DNA of 64,000 nucleotides, from contig JABCZJ010000013.1 in NCBI GenBank assembly GCA_013289715.1, positions 43,118 through 107,117 on the forward strand, in the 5' to 3' direction. This DNA is from Acidobacteriota bacterium (GTDB taxonomy: Bacteria; Acidobacteriota; Terriglobia; Acidiferrales; UBA7541). Position 1 is the first letter of the stretch. Every line of letters starts with the position of its first letter. Shown here piece by piece: positions 56,136 to 64,000 of this stretch. The notes under the pieces were generated by a model. The model searched no databases and had not been told where the DNA came from. It saw only the letters and a list, made by a program, of their open reading frames with translations. Position numbers and translations under genes: made by a program.

Positions 56136-59063
56136 ATGAAGACAGTCAATGCACTACTCCTGTGTTTTTTTCTCATGGCCGCGGGCGCTTTTGCGCAGCA
56201 ACAACCGAGCAGCAGCCCGCAAGATGCGCGTTCAGCCAGCGCGCCCAAAGCGGTGAAGAAAGCGAAGTCCAAGAAGAGGATCCAGAAGGAACAGAAAGAG
56301 GTCGCGGCAGAATCAGAGCAGGAGTCGTTACCACCACTGCTTTCCGAGCGCCTCAAGAAATTCTCGCAAACGGTTCCAGACAATGGCGGGCTCAGCAGCC
56401 CCGGAGGCCTGGCGCACCAGGAGTTTATGCATCGCGCCTATCCGGGTACAACGATCCCGGCGGACCGAATCGAGGGAGCACGGGCAGCCCATGCAGCCAT
56501 GGCAGGGAAAGACTTCAGCCACGATACGCTCGGCCCATGGCAAAGCTTCGGGCCCAGCTACGCGCTCTACCCTTTCACTCCGCTGCGCAGCTTCGCATCA
56601 TATATTCCGAACGCCTACCCGGCGGCCAGCCGCACCACAGCCATGGCGCTCTCCTCGCATTGCCGGGCGGACAAGTGCACGTTGTGGGTCGGTCCCGCAG
56701 GCGGTGGTATTTGGCGCACTCGCGATGCGATGGATGACCAGCCGCAGTGGAAATATCTCTCCGGGGTTTTTGCAATCAACGCGATCGGCTCCATCGAAAT
56801 AGATCCAAACGATCCCGACGGAGACACTCTGTGGGTTGGCACAGGCGAGGCCAATGCCTGCGGCAGCGGATGCGAAGCCGGCGTAGGTCTCTACAAGAGC
56901 AGGGATGGTGGGGATTCCTGGGAAGGCCCCATGGGCCAATCGGTGTTCAACGAGCGTGCCATCGGCTCGATCGCGGTGAAACCGGGAGACCCGAACACGA
57001 TTTACGCGGCAACCACGCAGGGCCTTCGCGGCCAGTCGTCGGTCTGCTGCAATGGCACTGTCGATCTGATTCCGGGTGCGCCGAAGTGGGGCCTCTACAA
57101 GTCCACGGATGGCGGTCACAGTTGGACCTTCATCCACAACGGCTCAAGCGACGTTTCGGTATGCACGGGGGACCTGAACGAAGCTGAGGATAATGATCCA
57201 TGCTCGCCATTCGGTGTGCGGCGCGTGGCGCTTGATCCTTCGAATCCGGATATCGTTTATGCCAGCTCGTATTCCCGCGGAGTCTGGCGCTCGAAGGACG
57301 CCGGGAAAACGTGGACGCAAATCAATCCGTCGCTGAATCCCATAGATACCGCGATGCGCCCGGATATTTCGGTTACCACCCTGCCCAACGGGAAGACACG
57401 CATGTATCTGTACGAGGGGTCCTCTGGCACGCCACCTGCGCAGCTCTCGCGCAGCGACGATGTGACAACTCCCACTCCCGTGTTTAACGTCCTTTCCAGT
57501 CCGAATCCGGCTAACCCCGGCTATGGCGCCTACAACGACTGCGGAGGCCAGTGCTGGTACGACAATCGCGTTGCCACTCCTCCCGGGGCCCCGGACATGG
57601 TTTACGTCGGAGGCTCGTATTCCTACGGTGAGACCGGAGGCATTTCCAATGGCCGCGCCTGGGTGCTTTCCTTCGATGCGGGCGTATCTTTCACCGATAT
57701 GACCATGGATGCCACCGACCCGGTGCAGCCCAACGGGATGCACCCGGATGAGCACTGGATCGTATTTCATCCCAGCAATCCTCTGCTGTTCTGGGCTTCG
57801 TCCGACGGCGGCATCATCCGTTCCAGCGGTGCCTTGACCGACATATCCGCAAACTGCAGCACGCGCGGACTGTCGCCAGTAGCCCTGGCTCGCTGCCAGC
57901 AACTGCTCTCGCTGGTTCCCACGCGGCTCCGAGGCATCAACAAGGGGCTGACAACTCTGCAATTCCAGAGCCTCTCGGTGAATCCGTTTGACCCCAACGA
58001 TCTCCAGGGCGGAACGCAGGACAACGGCACTTGGGAAACGATCTCGGATACAGATCATTCCCAGTGGAACCAGACGATATTCGGTGATGGTGGCCAGTCT
58101 GGTTTCGACGTGCTGAATCCTCAATATCGCTTCCACACCTACGCCGGCCCGGAACCCGACTCGAATTTCAGTGGCGGGCTAACGTCGGACTGGAATTTCA
58201 TCGGGGACACATTCTTCATCTTCTCCGAGCCAGCCGAGTTCTACTTTTCGATCATCTCCGACCCCAACCCCAAGGCTCACACAACGCTCTATGCCGGCAC
58301 GGGTCACGTTTGGCGGACCAAAACCCAGGGTGTAGGAAACCGAACTCTGGCGGCGTTCCGTGCAAACTGCAACGAATTCACCGGCGTTGATCCTGCGGGT
58401 ACCTGCGGCGATTGGGTGCCGCTGGGCGATCCCTCAGCCAATGGACAATTGATCGGGTCAGATTACGGTGCCGACCGAGCGGGTATTGATGTTGCGGCAG
58501 TCGCTCGGACCGCGCAGAACACCTCCACGCTTTGGGCGGCCACGGCGGCCGGACGCGTCCTCATTAGTAAGAACGCGGACGCGGAACCGGAGACGTCAGT
58601 GACGTTCACCCGGCTCGACTCCCTGGTTGCGAACAGCCCGGGAAGATTCGTCAGCGGGATATTTATCGATCCTCGCGATAGCAACCGCGCTTGGTTGTCA
58701 TACAGCGGATATAACGCCTCAACACCCTCAACACCTGGCCATGTTTTTGAGGTGCGGTACAACCCAGCCGACGGCACCGCAACGTGGAAAGACCTCAGCT
58801 ACGACTTGCTCGATACGCCGATCACGGGTATCGCGCGGGACGAGGTCACGCACGATATATTCATCTCCAGCGACTTCGGCGTTTACAAGCTCGTGCCCAA
58901 GGAAAAGTCCTGGAAACTTGCGGCGCCAGGAATGCCGAACATCGAGGTTGCGGGGCTTACCATCGTGCCCAGTGCGCACAGACTTTATGCCGCCTCTCAT
59001 GGCCAGGGAGCGTGGCTACTGGCTCTGCCCGCCAGCTCGGATGATGACGACGGCGGCAATTAA
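56136..59063 (+). CDS. Secreted BNR/Asp-box repeat beta-propeller protein (sortilin/VPS10-like glycosidase-like)
   Basis: It has a signal peptide after ATG 56136, with an SD (GGAGGA) at 56121. Multiple Asp-box-like motifs are present ('SRDGGDSWE', 'STDGGHSWT', 'SKDAGKTWT', 'SFDAGVSFT'). Confidence 0.8.
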   Translation: MKTVNALLLCFFLMAAGAFAQQQPSSSPQDARSASAPKAVKKAKSKKRIQKEQKEVAAESEQESLPPLLSERLKKFSQTVPDNGGLSSPGGLAHQEFMHRAYPGTTIPADRIEGARAAHAAMAGKDFSHDTLGPWQSFGPSYALYPFTPLRSFASYIPNAYPAASRTTAMALSSHCRADKCTLWVGPAGGGIWRTRDAMDDQPQWKYLSGVFAINAIGSIEIDPNDPDGDTLWVGTGEANACGSGCEAGVGLYKSRDGGDSWEGPMGQSVFNERAIGSIAVKPGDPNTIYAATTQGLRGQSSVCCNGTVDLIPGAPKWGLYKSTDGGHSWTFIHNGSSDVSVCTGDLNEAEDNDPCSPFGVRRVALDPSNPDIVYASSYSRGVWRSKDAGKTWTQINPSLNPIDTAMRPDISVTTLPNGKTRMYLYEGSSGTPPAQLSRSDDVTTPTPVFNVLSSPNPANPGYGAYNDCGGQCWYDNRVATPPGAPDMVYVGGSYSYGETGGISNGRAWVLSFDAGVSFTDMTMDATDPVQPNGMHPDEHWIVFHPSNPLLFWASSDGGIIRSSGALTDISANCSTRGLSPVALARCQQLLSLVPTRLRGINKGLTTLQFQSLSVNPFDPNDLQGGTQDNGTWETISDTDHSQWNQTIFGDGGQSGFDVLNPQYRFHTYAGPEPDSNFSGGLTSDWNFIGDTFFIFSEPAEFYFSIISDPNPKAHTTLYAGTGHVWRTKTQGVGNRTLAAFRANCNEFTGVDPAGTCGDWVPLGDPSANGQLIGSDYGADRAGIDVAAVARTAQNTSTLWAATAAGRVLISKNADAEPETSVTFTRLDSLVANSPGRFVSGIFIDPRDSNRAWLSYSGYNASTPSTPGHVFEVRYNPADGTATWKDLSYDLLDTPITGIARDEVTHDIFISSDFGVYKLVPKEKSWKLAAPGMPNIEVAGLTIVPSAHRLYAASHGQGAWLLALPASSDDDDGGN

Positions 59064-59088
59064 ATCTCCCTAACTCACAGCTGGCCAA

Positions 59089-59117
59089 GGGGAGTCTCGT
59101 CGGGGGCTCCCTTTTTT
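59089..59117 (+). terminator. Intrinsic terminator
   Basis: An 8-bp stem (GGGGAGTC / GGCTCCCT, including G-U pairs) with an 8-nt loop is followed by T6. Confidence 0.6.
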
Positions 59118-59233
59118 GAGTACGCTGGCTTGGTGGGTGGTGCCGGTGGCGTTGGCTTTTACTTTGGAACGCCACGTGTTGGCGGCGGGGTCTACGCGGA
59201 CGTCACCTCGACGCTAATCTGCGAAGGAAAGCG

Positions 59234-59650
59234 ATGGGTCCGCTTTTGATCATTGGACAGGGCTTGAAGACACCAGGGGTTCTGCTGGTCTTACTCGGCA
59301 CCGTCGTGACCGTCGCCGGATTGTTGCCAGGTGTGAACTTCTTCACCGCGCTCCCCACCCTGCGTGGCATTGTCAGGAAAACGCTTCCGACCTGGTTTGG
59401 TCGGCTCTGCTTCGTCGCCGCTGGGGCGTTCTTGGTCTACTGGGGTCTGACGCACGGGCGACGGTGACTGTCTGCGGTGATAGCCCGGTGGCCGACCATT
59501 CGGCACACTTTCACGATTGATGCCGAAGGCGTCCTGCGGGACCAACACATCGGCGACGCCCCGATCGAAGGCAAGCTGAAAAAACTCCTAGCCCAAGCCC
59601 GCGCATTACGGCAGCCGTCGCAGCCAGCGGAAACGGCCGCTGCGCGGTAA
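59234..59650 (+). pseudogene. Possible remnant of a membrane-anchored TlpA/redoxin-like protein (in-frame TGA, thioredoxin core missing)
   Basis: A 77-aa hydrophobic ORF is followed, after TGA 59465-59467 and in the same frame, by 'ARWPTIRHTFTIDAEGVLRDQHIG…'. This resembles the C-terminal beta-strand region of TlpA-type redoxins. No CxxC motif is present. Confidence 0.3.
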
Positions 59651-59788
59651 GCGCCCGCCCAATCCTTGTACACCTCATTGGGGCTGGACACCTCCCTGAT
59701 TTTGCGGCGACACCTGCTCTTCCGGGGGGTGAAGGTGGCCGTGGCAGACTCGCTTGACAGACCCTGCTTTCTATCGTAAATAGATAGG

Positions 59789-60145
59789 ATGACTACCGTA
59801 GACAGTCTACCTGACGACGACAGACTTGAACTGCTGCAAGGAACTCTGGAAGTGCTGATCCTCCGAAGCCTGCAGCGAGAGTCGAACCACGCCTATGGCA
59901 TCTCGCAGTTTCTGCAACAACAATCCGACAGTGAGATTTTCGTCGATAACGGATCCCTGTACCCTGCGCTGCAACGTCTTCTGCAGCGCAAATGGATTTC
60001 CCCGCAGTGGAAGACTTCGCCCAACGGGCGGCGCGCCCGCTATTACAGACTGACGCTGGCCGGGCGCAAGCAACTGATCAAGGCAACTTCGAAGTGGCAG
60101 CGATTTGCTCTAGCCATGGCAAGGATTCTGGCAGCGGAGAGTTGA
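59789..60145 (+). CDS. PadR-family transcriptional regulator
   Basis: 'LLQGTLEVLILRSL…HAYGISQFL…GSLYPALQRLLQRKWI…RRARYYRLTLAGRKQL' is the canonical PadR wHTH. Confidence 0.9.
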   Translation: MTTVDSLPDDDRLELLQGTLEVLILRSLQRESNHAYGISQFLQQQSDSEIFVDNGSLYPALQRLLQRKWISPQWKTSPNGRRARYYRLTLAGRKQLIKATSKWQRFALAMARILAAES

Positions 60146-60149
60146 TTTC

Positions 60150-62789
60150 ATGCGCCAATGGTGGTCGAAGGTAGCACGTGCGCTCGGGAAAAGGCGGAAT
60201 CTCGCCGACGAACTGCAGCAGGAGATGGACGCCCATCTTCAGTTCCTGATTGATGAAAATCGGGAGCGAGGGATGCCGCTCGAAGAGGCGCGTGCCGCCG
60301 CGCGGCGCCACTTTGGTAACGCGACCGCCGTGCACGAGCGAAGCTATCAAGCATGGCAATTCCCTACGTTTGAATCGCTCCTGCAAGACCTTCGCTACGC
60401 GGCGCGAGGTATCGGGAGAGCCCGCGGCTTCTCGCTCATCGTGATTCTGACGCTGGCTGTCGGAATCGGCGCAAACACCGCCATCTTCAGCGCGGTGTAT
60501 GCCGTTCTTCTGAAGCCGCTCCCTTTCCCTTCGGGCGAGCGTCTGGTGTGGCTCGGCGAGTCCTCCGCGAAAGCCAGCGGCATCAGCGTAACCTGGATCA
60601 ATTTTGAACACTGGCGCATGGAGAATCACTCCTTCGAGTCGATGGCTGCCTTCCAGAAGGCCGATCTGACGCTCACCGGCCGGGGTCAGGCCGTGCTCAC
60701 ACGCGCCGGTGTCGTCACAAACCGATTTTTTGGGCTGACCGGCTCTCGTCCGATAATGGGTCGCCTGCTGACCGCGAGCGATGATGGATCGCGGTCTCCT
60801 GCGACGGTCCTGGTGACCAGGGCTTTCTGGGCCGAAACCCTATCAGCCGATCCGCAGATCATCGGCAAGACGATCACCCTCAATGGAACTGCATACATTG
60901 TCATCGGCGTCCTTGCCCGAGATCCCGGCTTCTTCCTCCCGCCGGTCGATTACTATCTTCCCTTCCGTCCTTCCGCTGCGCAGGCTTCAAAGCGCGACGA
61001 ACACGAATCGATGCGCGTGCTCGGTCTGCTCAGGCCTGGAGTCACGCTATCCCAGGCGCGCTCGGATTTGGATACCATCCTGCAGCGGCTCGCGCAGGCA
61101 GATCCGGGCCCGGAAAGCGACCATCGCGCGTTTGCCGAGTTCCTCACCGAGCACCGAACCGGCGACCTAACGCACGTGTTTGTCCTCTTGATGGCTTCGG
61201 TTTGCCTGATCCTGATTCTGGCTTGCGCGAATATCGGCGGCCTATTGCTGATTCGCATGACCACCCGCGCGCGAGAGATGGCAATTCGCACTGCAATCGG
61301 CGCGGGGCGCAGGCGGCTTGCACGGCAGCTTCTGACGGAAACCGTGTCGATTACGCTGCTTGGCGGTGCGTTCGGAATCGTTCTCGCAGGCTTTGGACTT
61401 CGCGCGATAGAGGCGCTCGGGCCGCGCGATATTCCGCGGCTTTCAGAAGCCAGTCTGAATCTCCCGGTGTTGATCTTCGCTGCGGCGCTGACGCTGGCAG
61501 TGACACTGCTGTGCTCCCTGGTACCCCTGGTGCATTCAGACATGGTGAATCTGACGATACTGTTGAAAGAGAGCAGCACCGCTTCGGGCACCAGCCGAAT
61601 TGGACACGCGCTGCGCGGAGGCCTGGTCATCGCGGAGGTCGCGGTGGCTGTCATCTTGCTCTTTGCTTCAGGGATCCTGCTGCGCAGCTTGTGGGCTGCC
61701 GAGAACTTGAATCCTGGATTCGAGGCCAAGCATTTGCTTGCACTCGAGTTGCAATTGCCGCCTCTACCGTACAAAAGCGCGGGGGCCATTCTCGACTTCT
61801 ATGCGCGCCTGGAAGCCGCGCTTCGTGCGCAACCGGGAGTCGAATCCGTTGGCGCCGTGAACTGCCCTCCGGCTGCTGGCGACTGTCGCGACTGGTGGTA
61901 TTCGGTTGTGGAGAAACCAACGCCCGGCTCGCAGGATGTGCCCGTCACGCTGGTCAATATGGCTGACGCGGCGTACTTCCAGACCATGCGCATTCCGCTC
62001 GTAGCCGGGCGCGCTTTATCTGATGCGGATACGGCGGGTAGCCCGACGGTCGCGTTGATCAATGTAGAGATTGCGCGTGCGTGGTGGAAGGACTCCGGGT
62101 CCGCTCTCGGCCAGCACATTAAAGTCGGCGGACCCTACATGGAAGGTCCCGTCGTTGAAATCGTCGGTGTTGCGGCGAATGTTCCCCAGATTGGATTGGA
62201 CAGTCCGCCCTTGCCCGAGCTCTATCTATCGGCCGCTCAGCGGGCCGATGCCGCAATGGTCGTGATGATACGGACCAAGGGTGACCCGGAGAGCATGATT
62301 GCAACCGTGCGGCAAACATTGGCTACGATTGACGACAACATTCCGATTCAGTCCTTGAAAACCGCCGATACATGGCTCGGTGACACACTTGTGCAGCGGC
62401 GCTTCACCACGCTGCTGCTGGTCCTGTTCGCCGGCATTGCGGTGATCCTCGCGAGCATAGGCTGCTATGGTGTTTTCAATTACTGGGTTAGCTGCCGAAG
62501 GCAGGAGATCGCCATTCGCATGGCAATGGGAGCGGGGACCGTCGCCATCTTACGTCGTACGGGAAGGCAAGTTGCGAGTTTAGGCGTGATCGGGTTAGTC
62601 GCTGGGCTCGCAGGAAGCTGGGGCGCATCGAGATGGCTCGACAGCCTCGTCTTCGGAGTTTCTACCCACGATCCAGTCGTGTTCACCTCCGCCGCATTGG
62701 CTGCATTCCTGATCGTATCGCTCTCTGCCGCAGTTCCGCTCTGGCGCGCCACGCAAATTGATCCCATCGAGACGCTGCGCGCGGCCTGA
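60150..62789 (+). CDS. ADOP-type duplicated ABC-transporter permease (2 x MacB periplasmic core + FtsX)
   Basis: 879 aa. The N-terminal prefix 'ELQQEMDAHLQFLIDENRERGMPLEEARAAARRHFGN' is typical of acidobacterial PadR-linked permeases. Two FtsX-like 4-TM modules are present. Confidence 0.9.
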   Translation: MRQWWSKVARALGKRRNLADELQQEMDAHLQFLIDENRERGMPLEEARAAARRHFGNATAVHERSYQAWQFPTFESLLQDLRYAARGIGRARGFSLIVILTLAVGIGANTAIFSAVYAVLLKPLPFPSGERLVWLGESSAKASGISVTWINFEHWRMENHSFESMAAFQKADLTLTGRGQAVLTRAGVVTNRFFGLTGSRPIMGRLLTASDDGSRSPATVLVTRAFWAETLSADPQIIGKTITLNGTAYIVIGVLARDPGFFLPPVDYYLPFRPSAAQASKRDEHESMRVLGLLRPGVTLSQARSDLDTILQRLAQADPGPESDHRAFAEFLTEHRTGDLTHVFVLLMASVCLILILACANIGGLLLIRMTTRAREMAIRTAIGAGRRRLARQLLTETVSITLLGGAFGIVLAGFGLRAIEALGPRDIPRLSEASLNLPVLIFAAALTLAVTLLCSLVPLVHSDMVNLTILLKESSTASGTSRIGHALRGGLVIAEVAVAVILLFASGILLRSLWAAENLNPGFEAKHLLALELQLPPLPYKSAGAILDFYARLEAALRAQPGVESVGAVNCPPAAGDCRDWWYSVVEKPTPGSQDVPVTLVNMADAAYFQTMRIPLVAGRALSDADTAGSPTVALINVEIARAWWKDSGSALGQHIKVGGPYMEGPVVEIVGVAANVPQIGLDSPPLPELYLSAAQRADAAMVVMIRTKGDPESMIATVRQTLATIDDNIPIQSLKTADTWLGDTLVQRRFTTLLLVLFAGIAVILASIGCYGVFNYWVSCRRQEIAIRMAMGAGTVAILRRTGRQVASLGVIGLVAGLAGSWGASRWLDSLVFGVSTHDPVVFTSAALAAFLIVSLSAAVPLWRATQIDPIETLRAA

Positions 62790-63032
62790 TGAAGAGGAGC
62801 GCGCAGGCGAGTGGCCGACCCTTTCATACCTCCGAGACGCAAGACTTAGGTTTTCGGGCTGGCGGTCGGCCGGCCCGGAACGCTTCATAGCACCAGAGCA
62901 TGAGCCTCACGCCTGGCGTCGGTGAGAATGGGGCCCGCCGAGAATCCAAAGACATTCACTCGGGAAGTTCGCAGTGCTTGGCCACCGGCTCGCGAAATAT
63001 CACGCGACGCTATGCAGAGGTGACGTTTCACT

Positions 63033-64000
63033 ATGCTAAGATTCCGCGCATTCATGCACCGACCAATTAAAACAGTTGTCCTGTGTATCGTTTTCCTGAT
63101 GCCGACAATCGTGGGCGCGCAAGCGCCGAACTTGCCGGCCATTTCCTTCGCGACCATTGAGCAAGGGATCGCCGTACTGACGAACCGTGACGATTTTGTG
63201 TCCCGTCTGAGTGCGTTCGATCGCGCTGCGCGAATGAAGACGGACCACGACGTCACGGAGCAGGAGTACCTCGCCTTTGTTGCGAAAAACGTTCTCGCCT
63301 GGACTCCCAACGAGCAGGACGCCGTGCAATCCGCGTTCAACGGTCTGACTGCCAAACTGAGCGACCTCAACCTGCCGTTTCCGAAGACCATCCTTTTCAT
63401 CAAGACGACCGGCGACGAAGAAGGTCACGCGGAATACACGCGTGCCAACGCGATTATCCTTCCTCAGAACGCGCTCGCCGCAAACAGAAGAAGCGCTCTA
63501 CAAGGCACGATCGCGCACGAACTGTTCCACGTGCTCTCGCGGAACGCTCCTGATTTGCGCGAACGGGCGTACGCTGTGATCGGATTTCAGCCCTGCGGCG
63601 AGATTCCGTTCCCGCCTACTCTGGCCGCTCGCAGGATCACGAATCCTGATGCTCCGAAGAACGACCACTGCATCCGCGTTGCATCGGGCCCAACGTCAAT
63701 CTGGGCCGTGCCGATACTGTTTTCAAAATCCGACCATTACAATCCGGCGAACGGCGGCGAATTCTTCGACTATCTCGATTTTGAATTTCTAGTAGTTGAA
63801 AAGTCTGGCTCGCACGCGACTTACGATCCGTCGAAAGTCACGCTTTTGGGCGTCGGTCAGATACAAGGTTTCTATGAGCAGGTCGGACGCAATACCGACT
63901 ACGTCATTCATCCCGAAGAAATCCTGGCGGACAACTTTGAGTATCTGTTGATTGGCAGGCCGAACCTTCCTTCACCGGACATTCAACGCAGACTCGCCGC
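63033..64000 (+). CDS. Secreted HExxH-motif protein (putative zinc metallopeptidase-like), 3' end outside window
   Basis: It is absent from the ORF track because it has no stop in the window. My translation gives 'MLRFRAFMHRPIKTVVLCIVFLMPTIVGAQA…' (a signal peptide), then 'TIAHELFHVLS' (HExxH), then 'DYVIHPEEILADNFEYLL'. The frame is open to the window end. Confidence 0.6.
   Translation, partial: MLRFRAFMHRPIKTVVLCIVFLMPTIVGAQAPNLPAISFATIEQGIAVLTNRDDFVSRLSAFDRAARMKTDHDVTEQEYLAFVAKNVLAWTPNEQDAVQSAFNGLTAKLSDLNLPFPKTILFIKTTGDEEGHAEYTRANAIILPQNALAANRRSALQGTIAHELFHVLSRNAPDLRERAYAVIGFQPCGEIPFPPTLAARRITNPDAPKNDHCIRVASGPTSIWAVPILFSKSDHYNPANGGEFFDYLDFEFLVVEKSGSHATYDPSKVTLLGVGQIQGFYEQVGRNTDYVIHPEEILADNFEYLLIGRPNLPSPDIQRRLA

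Noticed and set aside
35254-59467. Three in-frame TGAs (35254, 39161, 59465) as evidence for TGA recoding (selenocysteine, or code 4/25).
   Set aside because: TGA is used as a genuine stop throughout the window, including many ATGA coupled junctions. The expected residues differ (Ser, Trp, unknown), and I saw no SECIS-like context. The same genes carry frameshifts or deletions, so pseudogenisation is the simpler explanation.

Overview
This is a high-GC bacterial chromosomal window. It probably comes from Acidobacteriota (Terriglobia-like), inferred from a PadR + duplicated MacB/FtsX 'ADOP'-type permease pair, a CarboxypepD_reg-type TonB-dependent receptor, two FG-GAP/ASPIC (CRTAC1-like) proteins and several families of intergenic REP-like repeats. 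I found no rRNA genes and no CRISPR array. The layout is as follows. (1) 0-9.5 kb: housekeeping and secreted proteins (PfkB kinase fragment, sugar porter, amidase, TPR/FG-GAP/ASPIC giant protein, M28 peptidase, VOC protein). (2) 9.5-21.5 kb: a tightly translationally coupled lipid-type operon. It encodes a pseudo-HAD + fatty-acyl reductase fusion, a second reductase, a polysaccharide-pyruvyl-transferase homologue, two AMP-ligases, a crotonase, a stand-alone ACP, a DAGK-like lipid kinase and a PlsC acyltransferase, with a convergent CDP-alcohol phosphatidyltransferase. This is my best candidate for an undescribed system, possibly a split, extended ether/alkyl-lipid pathway. (3) 21.5-33.8 kb: scoAB plus a sugar-acid (non-phosphorylative) catabolic cluster. 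(4) 34.07-44.70 kb: a visibly lower-GC, decaying integrative island at tRNA-Leu(UAA). It carries an AbiEi antitoxin with a nonsense-inactivated AbiEii toxin, a REC(D->N)-PAS-GGDEF(degenerate)-EAL protein, a doubly broken DUF72 gene, a Crp + Zn-ribbon pair, a 23-aa hydrophobic micro-ORF, a lipase-like 552-aa protein and an integrase remnant. (5) 44.9-64 kb: rbsK bracketed by direct repeats, a TPR protein, a TonB-dependent receptor, a CRTAC1-like protein, a GAF-ANTAR regulator, a BNR/Asp-box propeller, PadR + ADOP permease, and an HExxH secreted protein that runs off the window edge. All functional calls rest on motifs I read from the translations and on family knowledge from memory. No database search was run.
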